From the IMG/VR virus record IMGVR_UViG_3300031857_000005, positions 240,366-304,365 of that record: 64,000 nucleotides of DNA; one strand, written 5' to 3'. A model generated the notes under the pieces. It made no database searches and had not been told where the DNA came from. It saw only the letters and a list, made by a program, of their open reading frames with translations. Position 1 is the stretch's first letter. The number at the start of each line of letters is the position of its first letter. The position numbers were made by a program, and so were the translations under genes. This document shows, piece by piece, positions 40,187-49,296 of this stretch.

Positions 40187-40987
40187 ATGAAGGAAAAAGG
40201 AACAGGAATGCCCATTAATCAGGATGAAATCTCTCACTACCTAAAGGATATTAGGAAGATTAAAGTTATGACACCTGAAAGGGAAAAAGAATTATCTAAA
40301 CTTATGATGTCGGATACTTTAACTGACAAACAACGAAAACAAGTTGAACAGGAGTTGTTAACAGGTAATTTACGATTTGTTATTACCGTTGCAAAACAAT
40401 ATCAAAATCAAGGTTTGGATTTTCCTGATTTGGTTGCTGAGGGTAACTTAGGGTTATTGAAAGCAATTAAAAACTTTGATTGGAGTAAAAATTTGAGATT
40501 TATTTCATATGCCGTTTGGTGGGTTAAACAATCTATTATTCAGTCTTTAAATGACAATGCGAGAACAATTAGACTTCCTGTAAATGTTGTTCAGGAACTT
40601 CATAAAGCTAAAAAAGAAATTGAGAATAATGGAGGAAAACTATCGGATAAATTCTCATCTTTACCATCAATGATTGACTTAGATATGAATATCAATGATG
40701 AGGGAGATACATTCCTTGATATGATACCAAATATGGATGCAGACGCTCCTGATGCGGCTTTTAATACTGCGGACATTCTTAAAGAAAAATTAATCAATAC
40801 ACTTAGTGTTTTAGATGAAAGAGAACGAGTAATTATTGAGGATTATTTTGGACTTAGTGGAACACCAAGAACTTTGGAAGATATTGGAGGTGATTTTGGT
40901 TTAACTAAAGAACGAGTAAGACAGATTAAAGAAAGAGCTTTGAGAAGGTTACGAAATGAGAGTTCTGAATTATTTGATTATATCTAA
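40187..40987 (+). CDS. RNA polymerase sigma70 factor, Bacteroidota primary-sigma-like (no region 1.1)
   Basis: NLRFVITVAKQYQNQGL, EGNLGL, FISYAVWW, RTIRLP, TLEDIG...TKERVRQIKE. Confidence 0.93.
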   Translation: MKEKGTGMPINQDEISHYLKDIRKIKVMTPEREKELSKLMMSDTLTDKQRKQVEQELLTGNLRFVITVAKQYQNQGLDFPDLVAEGNLGLLKAIKNFDWSKNLRFISYAVWWVKQSIIQSLNDNARTIRLPVNVVQELHKAKKEIENNGGKLSDKFSSLPSMIDLDMNINDEGDTFLDMIPNMDADAPDAAFNTADILKEKLINTLSVLDERERVIIEDYFGLSGTPRTLEDIGGDFGLTKERVRQIKERALRRLRNESSELFDYI

Positions 40988-41007
40988 ATAATTTTCTATA
41001 CTTTTTG

Positions 41008-41038
41008 TTTGGTGGTTTAAAAAAGATCATTACATTTG
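41008..41038 (+). promoter_or_regulatory. Bacteroidota-type (early) promoter
   Basis: TTTG-N19-TACATTTG. Confidence 0.75.
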
Positions 41039-41061
41039 TAATGTATCTAAAACGAAATATT

Positions 41062-41508
41062 ATGACAAACGACATCATCAAAGTAAACGAAGGAACATTA
41101 TCAGGAGACGTATTCTACGGATCATTCAACACCACAGTAAAAGGTAAAAGAATTTCAGTTTCGGTTTCAAACCACCTTAAAGATGCGGACAAAGAATACG
41201 AATTCCGTATCGCAAATAAATGTCAGGCAGGATTCATCAATATCCACGACACTAAAGGAACTGCGGCGAGTGTTATTCGTGGATACCAAAAAAACTCATT
41301 GGTTAATATCCAAGCAAAAAATGAGTACGGACAGTGGATGAATGTTTACACAATTAAAGGTGGTAAGTGGTACTCAATCGACAAAGGGTTCTTGGATGTG
41401 TTAACTGTTGGGACAATGAGAGAGTCATTCCCTGATATGTGTGACATGGAACTTTGGGGTAGAATGGGAGCAAAAACTTGGGCAGACAAATCATTTAAAC
41501 AAAACTAA
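41062..41508 (+). CDS. Hypothetical early protein
   Basis: ATG 41062 lies downstream of a host-type promoter; C-ending codon bias. Confidence 0.7.
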   Translation: MTNDIIKVNEGTLSGDVFYGSFNTTVKGKRISVSVSNHLKDADKEYEFRIANKCQAGFINIHDTKGTAASVIRGYQKNSLVNIQAKNEYGQWMNVYTIKGGKWYSIDKGFLDVLTVGTMRESFPDMCDMELWGRMGAKTWADKSFKQN

Positions 41509-41536
41509 AAAAATGGGGGGGTATAACCCCCCACAT
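41507..41536. terminator. G/C hairpin; U-tract only on the minus strand
   Basis: A7-TGGGGGGG-TATAA-CCCCCCA. Confidence 0.5.
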
Positions 41537-41573
41537 ACACAAAAACAACCTTATTGGGAAATTAAAAAATAAT

Positions 41574-42020
41574 ATGGGAAGCGTAATTGATTATATTGAA
41601 TGTACAAATTGTAAACACGAAGCGTTTAGTGACTTCTATTACAAAACAGGGGAACAATATGTAAGTTGTAATAACTGTGGGTATCACTACTCACAAACAT
41701 TCCAAAGGGACGGTACCGGAAGGTTCATCACCAAAGACGGAAGTGATGATTATCATTTTGAAAATCTGATTATGAATGTTTCGGAACTTAAAAATCCTTA
41801 TGGTGCGTACAGAATAAAGACATATCATTCACCAGCAACACAGTGTGGTTCTTTTGAGAATGAAGAACAGTGTAACGAGTTTAAGAAAAGTATTATGGAT
41901 GATGTTGAAATTGAATTTGCGTCGGTATCCAGGTTTATTAACGAGGAAATTGTTGTTGAGACAATAATTGATAATGGACCTGAAGTTGATTCTTCTGGAT
42001 TTACAATTGAGGATCGTTAA
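41574..42020 (+). CDS. Zinc-ribbon-containing hypothetical protein
   Basis: CTNC...CNNCGY. Confidence 0.7.
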   Translation: MGSVIDYIECTNCKHEAFSDFYYKTGEQYVSCNNCGYHYSQTFQRDGTGRFITKDGSDDYHFENLIMNVSELKNPYGAYRIKTYHSPATQCGSFENEEQCNEFKKSIMDDVEIEFASVSRFINEEIVVETIIDNGPEVDSSGFTIEDR

Positions 42021-42047
42021 TTTAAAATAACAGCCCTATCATATATG

Positions 42048-42073
42048 AACCCCCACCTAAAATGGGGGTTTTT
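42048..42073 (+). terminator. Intrinsic terminator
   Basis: AACCCCCA-cctaaaa-TGGGGGTT followed by TTT. Confidence 0.8.
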
Positions 42074-42085
42074 CTTTATCTTTTA

Positions 42086-42093
42086 TATTTATT
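42086..42093 (+). promoter_or_regulatory. Putative late promoter (TATTTATT) for the membrane/lysis cluster
   Basis: Recurrent motif immediately after a terminator. Confidence 0.55.
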
Positions 42094-42110
42094 AGGTATA
42101 GTTTAATAAT

Positions 42111-43199
42111 ATGAAAGAAAAATTTTTACCTTGGTTTTTATTATTTTGTGCGATAGGTTTATCGGGAACTGCTGCCTATTATAGTGTTGTTGGATTATCA
42201 ATTGTTTTTATTGGCGTTGCAATACCAGTAATAATAATGGGTTCATTTTTGGAGATATCAAAAATTGCTATTGCAACATATCTTCATGACAAATGGAAGG
42301 AAACATATGGCGCGTTGAAGATATACATGACGATTGCATTGGTGACTTTATCAATTATAACCTCTTTAGGGATTTATGGATTATTGAGTACAGGGTTTCA
42401 GGGAAACATTGCAAAACTTGAAATAAATGAGAAAAAAGTCAAAAATGTTGAAGTTAAAAAGAAACGATTTGAAGAAATAAAAGACGAACTCTCTAAAGAA
42501 AAAACAATTCTTAATGGGGATATAACAAAGTTGAGAGACGGACTTTCAAATAACACCACCACACAATCTGTGGACGGTAGAACTGGACAAGTAGTTACAA
42601 GAGCAAATAATGCGAATAGACGATCATTTGAGACACAACTATCACAAGCACAAGTTAGAAGAGACACTATCGCAAAACGAATTGATTCAATGAATGATAG
42701 TATTACTAAACTTGACATTGAAATTTTAGATATGGAATCTCAAGAAATATCTGGTAGTGAACTTGGGGCTATTAAGTATGTAAGTGAACTTCTTGATTGG
42801 GAAATTAAAAGGACTGCAAATTTATTTATTTTAATTTTAATATTTGTATTCGATCCTTTAGCAATCACATTGGTTATTGCAACAAACCAAGCATTTAAGT
42901 CAAGAAGAAAAGAAGAAGACACCCCCCAAGTACCCATTAACTACCCTCCAAGTACCCCCCAAGTTAATGATACCGATGAACTACCGATGAACTACCGATC
43001 AACTACCGATCAAGTCAATGAGTATAGTTTTATTGATTATGATATATCCAAGGAGTTATCAGATGATATTGAAAATGATACGCCAAAACCATCATCCCCT
43101 GATTTAGTTGTTGATGAATTGTTTGATACAATTGATAAATATGAATTAGATATTAATGAAGTAAAAAATAAAAAAAGATTAGTATATAAAAAAGAATGA
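42111..43199 (+). CDS. Multi-pass membrane protein with a long coiled coil
   Basis: Three N-terminal TMs (AAYYSVVGL, GIYGLLS), coiled coil, ELGAIKY, then TM FVFDPLAITL. Confidence 0.75.
   Translation: MKEKFLPWFLLFCAIGLSGTAAYYSVVGLSIVFIGVAIPVIIMGSFLEISKIAIATYLHDKWKETYGALKIYMTIALVTLSIITSLGIYGLLSTGFQGNIAKLEINEKKVKNVEVKKKRFEEIKDELSKEKTILNGDITKLRDGLSNNTTTQSVDGRTGQVVTRANNANRRSFETQLSQAQVRRDTIAKRIDSMNDSITKLDIEILDMESQEISGSELGAIKYVSELLDWEIKRTANLFILILIFVFDPLAITLVIATNQAFKSRRKEEDTPQVPINYPPSTPQVNDTDELPMNYRSTTDQVNEYSFIDYDISKELSDDIENDTPKPSSPDLVVDELFDTIDKYELDINEVKNKKRLVYKKE
42921..43015 (+). repeat. Two blocks of four 11-bp direct repeats, consensus ACCnnnnAA(G/C)T
   Basis: ACCCCCCAAGT ACCCATTAACT ACCCTCCAAGT ACCCCCCAAGT taatgat ACCGATGAACT ACCGATGAACT ACCGATCAACT ACCGATCAAGT. 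Confidence 0.9.
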
Positions 43200-43792
43200 T
43201 TGATGTTGTAAAATACGGAGAATTTAAACCGACGGGAAAACAAAAGAAGAAAAAACAAATAATTTTATCTCATACATCTAGAGATGTTAAAAACTATTTA
43301 ATGTCTTTAAAGTACCGATATAACGGAAAATACGACAAAGTTCCAAATTATATTGTTAACCGAGAAGGTAAAATTTTAAAACTTCTAAATGATAATGAAC
43401 ACTCTAATTATTTTTCAGAACCCAATATAAATAGGAACTCAATCATAGTATGTTTAGAGAATTTAGGATGGATGGAAAAAGAACCATTAAAAAATTCACA
43501 CATTAATTGGATTGGTAATATTTATAAGGAGAAGATATATGAAAAAAAGTGGAGAGATTACTTTTTTTGGCAACCATATACTGAAATTCAGATAGAAAAA
43601 ACTGCCGAATTATGTAATCATTTAATGAAAGAACTCTCTATAACAAAAGAATGTATCGGACATAATACTAAAATAAATGGTGTTGAAAGATATGAAGGTA
43701 TTGTGACTAAAAGTAATTTTGATAGTGAATTTACTGATGTTAGTCCGGCTTTTAATTTTGAACAATTTATAAAGCTAATTGAAAATGAATAA
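43196..43792 (+). CDS. Amidase_2 (N-acetylmuramoyl-L-alanine amidase)-like protein with a degenerate Zn site
   Basis: QIILSHT, NYIVNREGKI, NRNSIIVCLENLG, YTEIQI, TDVSPAF. Confidence 0.7.
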   Translation: MIDVVKYGEFKPTGKQKKKKQIILSHTSRDVKNYLMSLKYRYNGKYDKVPNYIVNREGKILKLLNDNEHSNYFSEPNINRNSIIVCLENLGWMEKEPLKNSHINWIGNIYKEKIYEKKWRDYFFWQPYTEIQIEKTAELCNHLMKELSITKECIGHNTKINGVERYEGIVTKSNFDSEFTDVSPAFNFEQFIKLIENE

Positions 43793-44399
43793 TTACGAGG
43801 AACTAAAAAAATTATTAGAATCATCAAGAAGATTACTTGGGGGGGATTTATTAAACGAAGAGTCTAATAGAATTAGAAAAAGTTATGGTATGATAACTGA
43901 ACAGTCTAACCCAACAACTGATATAACAAAAAAAATTAATCCATTAGGGGACTCAGAAGAAGAAATTGAATATGAGACTGCTGATAGCGGTGAAGAAGAA
44001 ACAGAGAGTAAACCTGAAAAGAAAAAAGCATATAGAATTTCGGGCGGAATTTTAGTTCTTCATGGAACAGATAGTACTGATATACAATTAACAACCGATG
44101 ATAAAATCGCATTCCAAGAAAGTATGGATGAGTTTGTTGCGGAAGTGGCGGAAATTGTGGACTTCAATAAACTAAATGTTTATGAAAATAATGTAGAATG
44201 GTCAGGTAAAATTACAGAATTGGATCTTGAGTTCTTCTTCTCAATTGGTGAAACTAAAGGGGTATACATAAATGGTACTATGATTAAGTTGGATGATGAA
44301 TTCTTAGAATTTGTTAATAAACTACAAACATACTACGAGAAATTTAAATCTAAGTGGTCTAAAGTGATTGCATCAAAAAAGAAAACACCTGAAAAATGA
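43785..44399 (+). CDS. Hypothetical protein, possibly head-associated
   Basis: ATG 43785; LLE, LLNE and ITE sites near the N-terminus. Confidence 0.6.
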   Translation: MNNYEELKKLLESSRRLLGGDLLNEESNRIRKSYGMITEQSNPTTDITKKINPLGDSEEEIEYETADSGEEETESKPEKKKAYRISGGILVLHGTDSTDIQLTTDDKIAFQESMDEFVAEVAEIVDFNKLNVYENNVEWSGKITELDLEFFFSIGETKGVYINGTMIKLDDEFLEFVNKLQTYYEKFKSKWSKVIASKKKTPEK

Positions 44400-44749
44400 A
44401 ACAATTCTTAAATACCAATTTTAAATACATCCTATTTGTTGGGGTTGGATTATTTGTTATGTACTTTATGGTTTATTTATTTACACCAAAACCTGAAATG
44501 TCAGAATTAGATAAATATAAATTAGAACAATTAGATAAAGACATTGACTCAATTTTAAAAAAACAACAACTGCTTGATAAAAGAATCTTAGAATATAAGA
44601 CAGAACTAAGTAAGATTGACTCAACAATTGCACAAGTCAGAAACCAAAAAACTATAATAAAAGAATATTATAAAGAAAAAGGTGAAGAAATAACAGGAAT
44701 GAAACCATCTCAAATTGACAGTTTATTCCATAAAAGATATAAGTATTAA
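44396..44749 (+). CDS. N-terminal TM + coiled coil protein (i-spanin-like)
   Basis: YILFVGVGLFVMYFMVYLF TM followed by heptads; near the amidase. Confidence 0.55.
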   Translation: MKQFLNTNFKYILFVGVGLFVMYFMVYLFTPKPEMSELDKYKLEQLDKDIDSILKKQQLLDKRILEYKTELSKIDSTIAQVRNQKTIIKEYYKEKGEEITGMKPSQIDSLFHKRYKY

Positions 44750-44750
44750 G

Positions 44751-45158
44751 ATGAAAAATTTATTAATTACATTATTGTTATTCGTTCCATTGTTATCATT
44801 TGGACAAGTTAAAAAGGACACAACACAGATTTGTTTCCCATATAGTGTTGGAAAACAAATTGCGTTAGATTTAAATAAATTAGATCAGTTAACTGAAGTA
44901 CTTAAATTAACTGAAACAGAACTTAAAGAAACTCAAAACAAAGTAAGTGTTCAAAACGATATTATCACTACAATGGAACTTAAAGAAGATAATTATGAGT
45001 TACAAATTCAAAAGGAACAAGAAAAATTTGGAATTGTTGAAGAACAAAATGAAGGATTAAGAAAAGATATTAAAAAAATTAAAACCAAAAATACAGTTAT
45101 TGAAATTGTTGGAGGGGCGATAATTGGTGCATTAACCTATATACTTATTTTTAAATAA
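44751..45158 (+). CDS. Secreted coiled-coil protein with a C-terminal hydrophobic anchor (spanin-like partner)
   Basis: MKNLLITLLLFVPLLSFG|Q signal peptide; C-terminal VGGAIIGALTYILIFK. Confidence 0.55.
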   Translation: MKNLLITLLLFVPLLSFGQVKKDTTQICFPYSVGKQIALDLNKLDQLTEVLKLTETELKETQNKVSVQNDIITTMELKEDNYELQIQKEQEKFGIVEEQNEGLRKDIKKIKTKNTVIEIVGGAIIGALTYILIFK

Positions 45159-45403
45159 TGGCACTATCACAAACAGATAAAAGAGAAATTGAAACATTGG
45201 TTAGAAAAGAGATTAAAGATTTCTTAGGATCAACTACTGTGAAACAGTTTGAAGATAAACTGTTAGATAGAATTTCCAAAGAAATGAAGAGAGGTAAACT
45301 AGAAAAAGATGTAAAAGACTTAATAATAAAATCATTCAGAGAATTCTATACGATAATGTATCAACAAAGAAGTTTCTGGGAATCAAAATTCAGAAGTGCG
45401 TAA
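45158..45403 (+). CDS. Hypothetical protein
   Basis: 81 aa; TAATG-coupled. Confidence 0.65.
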   Translation: MALSQTDKREIETLVRKEIKDFLGSTTVKQFEDKLLDRISKEMKRGKLEKDVKDLIIKSFREFYTIMYQQRSFWESKFRSA

Positions 45404-46104
45404 TGGAAAACCTAACCGACTTATTTAAAAAACAATTCAACCAAGAAGCCAATATGATTGGATTGACAGGTATTGATCAAGCAAAAGCGAGAAAAGAATT
45501 TACTGAAAATAAAAAGTCGGAAGATGATGATATTAGAAATAAATCAAAAGATTATCTTAAAGATGGTGTTGATTTATCCGACATTATGAAATTAGTTAAA
45601 AATAAAAAATTAACTAATAATAAAATCAAAGGTGAAATAAGAAAATTATTAAAGAAACCTGAAGAACTTAAAGATTTCTTAAAATCTTTAATTAGTAAAG
45701 ATAAGACTGAAACTAAAGAGGCAACAGGAACTGGAAGTTCGGGATCTGATATAACAACACCATTGTTTTCAGGTGAAGAACCCAAAAAAGTTGAAGCCAC
45801 AGAAACCGCGTCTTCAGGTTATGGAGTTGGTGCGTATGAAGGACCTAGTATTTGGGCAAAAACCACAAGTAAGAAGAATTGGAAACCATCAAGGAAGACA
45901 CAGATACCAGGAGGAAAATTCGTTCAGGTTAAAAAAAAATGTAAACGATTTCCCTATTGTAATCAGGGAGATATTAAGGCTCTTAATATATTTGAAAACG
46001 AAACTGTTAAAAATGTTATTGAGAAAGTAAGTAACACCTATAACTTACACGAGGAACATATAAAAGACATTATTTTATATGAGTTAAGAAAAACAAACAA
46101 ATAA
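45403..46104 (+). CDS. Putative head-internal / prohead core protein
   Basis: KEATGTGSSG, TETASSG..GAYEGP and CKRFPYC motifs. Confidence 0.5.
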   Translation: MENLTDLFKKQFNQEANMIGLTGIDQAKARKEFTENKKSEDDDIRNKSKDYLKDGVDLSDIMKLVKNKKLTNNKIKGEIRKLLKKPEELKDFLKSLISKDKTETKEATGTGSSGSDITTPLFSGEEPKKVEATETASSGYGVGAYEGPSIWAKTTSKKNWKPSRKTQIPGGKFVQVKKKCKRFPYCNQGDIKALNIFENETVKNVIEKVSNTYNLHEEHIKDIILYELRKTNK

Positions 46105-46129
46105 CGATATTTATTATAAAAACACAATT

Positions 46130-47479
46130 ATGAAAAGTAACACTTATTACGATAATTTATTTAGAAAAGTTCTAACCGAAACTTTAGAAGGAAAGGCTGA
46201 TGAGATAATGGAAAAATTAAAATTTAATCCTCCAGGGAAATCGTTTGACTATGTCCAAGAAGGAGAAACTTGTGAATGTGGAGGTGAAATGAAAGAAGGT
46301 GAATGTATGGAATGTGGATACATGAATGAAGAGATGAAAGAAAGTAGGTATGTTACATCCAAAGGAGGTAAATTCCCTAACGAAAAAAAGGAATTATCAA
46401 GACAAGATTCTGAATGGACTATGCCAGGATTTGATATGGAAGAATACTGTGCTCAATATTACGATATGGATCCTGAAAGATGTCAATCATATTATGATCA
46501 AAAAGAATATAATGATAATAGAGGTGAAATCGATGAAAGACTTCATGGTAAACAATCTCGTTTGGATAAAAACAAAAATGGAAGAATAGATTCGGAAGAT
46601 TTTAGATTACTTAGAAAAAAAGGAAAAAATACGGAAATGGAAGAAGGCAACGCATTTTCAGGAGCTCTTGCCAATGCTAAAAAAGAAGGTAAATCTCATT
46701 TTTCTGTTGATGGTAAAAAATATACTGTTAAAGAAAGTAAAAGACAAAATGATAATGGTGTTTTATATAAATTAGAATACATTAATGAAACCGCATTGTT
46801 TACTGAAGATGAAATAATAGATATTATTGAGGGTATTATTAAAGAAGAAAGTAAAACAAAAAATACGATTAAAACAGGTAAAACACCTGCAGGGTATATG
46901 GCATATGAAAAGTCACATAAAGGTTCGGGAAAAGAAGAAGATGACTATATGAAAAGTTTTGAGAAGAAAATGAAAGATTATCTTAAAGACGGATCTAAAG
47001 GTAAGTATGAAATGAATCCTAAACATTTTCCTATGGGTAATGGTGAAATTGAAAAAATGGAAAAAATGGCTTATGTACCATCAAATGCTGTACAGGATTA
47101 TGTAGATAACTTTACCGCCGCAGCATTAGAAAACTTAGACTTCAATGATGGGATAGCTCCAAATGAGGATTGGATGACAGATAACATTGAAGGTTCATCT
47201 AGAACGGGTAATAACCCTGAATGGGCAAATGCGGTTGAAACACCAACAAACAAGAAAAGAAACAAAATAAGAAAAGATAATTTACTTGGTAAACTAAAAA
47301 GAAAGGCATATAATAAATCTGTACAACCAGTAGTTTCAGATAAAACAGGTAATGAAACAGATAAAGCAAGTAAAGTTATGATGAAACTTGAATCAGTTGA
47401 AAACAAAAAAATTGAAAAACTTAATGAGGAGTTCGATAGAATGAAGTCGTTGATTGGTTATCAAGATAAGACACAATAA
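46130..47479 (+). CDS. Putative head-internal / scaffold-like protein
   Basis: Late motif at 46108; RKVLTE leader; CECGG..CMECG; EF-hand-like LDKNKNGRIDSEDF; MEEGNAF; C-terminal LNEEFDRMKSLIGY. Confidence 0.55.
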   Translation: MKSNTYYDNLFRKVLTETLEGKADEIMEKLKFNPPGKSFDYVQEGETCECGGEMKEGECMECGYMNEEMKESRYVTSKGGKFPNEKKELSRQDSEWTMPGFDMEEYCAQYYDMDPERCQSYYDQKEYNDNRGEIDERLHGKQSRLDKNKNGRIDSEDFRLLRKKGKNTEMEEGNAFSGALANAKKEGKSHFSVDGKKYTVKESKRQNDNGVLYKLEYINETALFTEDEIIDIIEGIIKEESKTKNTIKTGKTPAGYMAYEKSHKGSGKEEDDYMKSFEKKMKDYLKDGSKGKYEMNPKHFPMGNGEIEKMEKMAYVPSNAVQDYVDNFTAAALENLDFNDGIAPNEDWMTDNIEGSSRTGNNPEWANAVETPTNKKRNKIRKDNLLGKLKRKAYNKSVQPVVSDKTGNETDKASKVMMKLESVENKKIEKLNEEFDRMKSLIGYQDKTQ

Positions 47480-47526
47480 TTTACATAAAAAATATCTTTG
47501 TTATTATTCTCCATAGATACTTGTCT

Positions 47527-47991
47527 ATGGAGAATTTTTTTAATTATATAGCAAAACCAATGGATCCCGATGATGTGGACATATGGTTTAGAGTTAATAA
47601 TATAATACCTGAAAAAATGGATTTATATTATGACTTTAGTTTTTCATTATACTATTTGATTTTAGACACATATTTGGGTGACGACAAAAATAGTGAAACC
47701 AAAATAGTATTATCTGATGAAGATAATTTAAAACATTTTGAATGGTGTTGGAATAAAACAATTGAGAACTTTCAAAAAGAAGAAATTACTTTTAATAAAA
47801 AAGGGGATCATTATGAGTATTTCTTATCATTCTTCACTGACATATTCTATAATCAAAAGGAGAACAAAATAAAAAGTTCAATAGGAACATTCTTTAACGA
47901 CTTATTCGACAGGAAAAAACCTTTTACAAAATCTGATTTGGATATGATATCAAGTATATATAAATCATTAGATAAAAATATGTCAGTATAA
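47527..47991 (+). CDS. Hypothetical protein
   Basis: Aromatic-rich 154-aa ORF from ATG 47527. Confidence 0.65.
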   Translation: MENFFNYIAKPMDPDDVDIWFRVNNIIPEKMDLYYDFSFSLYYLILDTYLGDDKNSETKIVLSDEDNLKHFEWCWNKTIENFQKEEITFNKKGDHYEYFLSFFTDIFYNQKENKIKSSIGTFFNDLFDRKKPFTKSDLDMISSIYKSLDKNMSV

Positions 47992-48057
47992 TATTGACAT
48001 TAGAGTTAACTAATTTAGATTTATGATAATATAAATAAACTTTTTTTAATTAACAAA

Positions 48058-48231
48058 ATGGAAACATTAGAAAAAATTAAAGCACTTACAGAGGAACTTA
48101 GTGTTGATGTAACGAAGTTCAACAGTGGTAATAAAAGTGCGGGAACTAGAGCAAGAAAGACTTCCCAAGAATTAAAATCTTTATTACAACAATTAAGAGG
48201 TGAAATTCTAGAATCTAAAAAAGCTGCGTAA
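48058..48231 (+). CDS. Histone H1-like (Hc1-family) DNA-binding protein, 57 aa (not in ORF track)
   Basis: METLEKIKALTEELSVDVTKFNSGNKSAGTRARKTSQELKSLLQQLRGEILESKKAA; GNKxAGTRARK motif; TTGACA at 47994 upstream. Confidence 0.85.
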   Translation: METLEKIKALTEELSVDVTKFNSGNKSAGTRARKTSQELKSLLQQLRGEILESKKAA

Positions 48232-48232
48232 T

Positions 48233-48424
48233 ATGACTAACATAAATACTATATATCTTTTTGTATTTGTGTTCTCACTAATTGCAGTATTTAGAATTGT
48301 TTTTAGATTTACTGTTTCCCTACTACAATCTGAACCGAAAAAATTTGTGATGAGTAGTAGGGAAACTATTTATTTAGGTTTATTCATATCTTACATCATA
48401 ACATATTTAATACAATCAAATTAA
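48233..48424 (+). CDS. Small two-TM membrane protein
   Basis: Two hydrophobic segments in 63 aa. Confidence 0.6.
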   Translation: MTNINTIYLFVFVFSLIAVFRIVFRFTVSLLQSEPKKFVMSSRETIYLGLFISYIITYLIQSN

Positions 48425-48870
48425 TGGGATTATTTGAAGAATTCAGTATACTATTTCCTTACTTACAATCAGTTAGGAAAATTAAAAATTATTTATCTTT
48501 TGACATTGAATTTCCTGAAACATGGAAGTTACCTAAAAAATATGTTAATGAGAAATCTGTAATGGAGAATGAAAAAACAACAACAGGTTATAGGTTCTTC
48601 TCATTTGTTGCTGAGTTTAATGAAACCTCAACAAACCAATTAATTGATAGTATTAAAAATGTCATCTCTTACAATAAAGAAAGAGAAGAAAAAGACAGGT
48701 TATTCCAACACAAGGTAAATGAGTTGAAAGCGATTTTTGAAAAACAAAATTTAAATAGTCTACAAGCTTTGAAATTTGACATAAATGATCCTAAAATTGA
48801 ATTAGAAGATGACGAAGAAACCACTGAGCCAACTGGAAGGGATGCAGGATTGGTTGAAGAACGAGATTAA
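48424..48870 (+). CDS. Hypothetical protein
   Basis: 148 aa; coupled to the upstream gene. Confidence 0.65.
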   Translation: MGLFEEFSILFPYLQSVRKIKNYLSFDIEFPETWKLPKKYVNEKSVMENEKTTTGYRFFSFVAEFNETSTNQLIDSIKNVISYNKEREEKDRLFQHKVNELKAIFEKQNLNSLQALKFDINDPKIELEDDEETTEPTGRDAGLVEERD

Positions 48871-49015
48871 TAAAGATAAGAAAGAACTTGAACTTGAAAA
48901 AATAAAATTTCTAAATGAGATTAAAAATTTTAAAAAAGAAGACATAGTTCAAAAAAATACGAATAAAGTTAAACTAACAATATGGCAGAAACTGAAAAAA
49001 ATGTTAATGGGATAA
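48809..49015 (+). CDS. Hypothetical coiled-coil protein
   Basis: 68 aa; amphipathic C-terminus IWQKLKKML. Confidence 0.55.
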   Translation: MTKKPLSQLEGMQDWLKNEINKDKKELELEKIKFLNEIKNFKKEDIVQKNTNKVKLTIWQKLKKMLMG

Positions 49016-49296
49016 TGGAAAAATTAGCATTAATAACTGATGCCACTCAATCAATGTTCCCAAAAGGTAAATCCGTAATAGTTTTTGAATTGAATGAGGG
49101 AGACTTCAAAGAAGTATTAGGAAATTTTAGACAACTCGATCAAGGACATAAAAAATTTAAAATTGATATATCAGGAGTTGAGGTTGTTTTTATTTTGGAG
49201 GGTCAATACGACGACTCAAAAATAAATGTAGCACCTGTAAAAAGGAGTTTTATTGGGAGACTATTCCCTTTTATAAGTCGTAAATCGTCTATATAA
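48982..49296 (+). CDS. Hypothetical protein
   Basis: 104-aa ORF in operon. Confidence 0.6.
   Translation: MAETEKNVNGIMEKLALITDATQSMFPKGKSVIVFELNEGDFKEVLGNFRQLDQGHKKFKIDISGVEVVFILEGQYDDSKINVAPVKRSFIGRLFPFISRKSSI

Noticed and set aside
48030-48037. Minus-strand late motif upstream of the Hc1-like gene
   Set aside because: No minus-strand gene follows; probably a chance match in AT-rich DNA.
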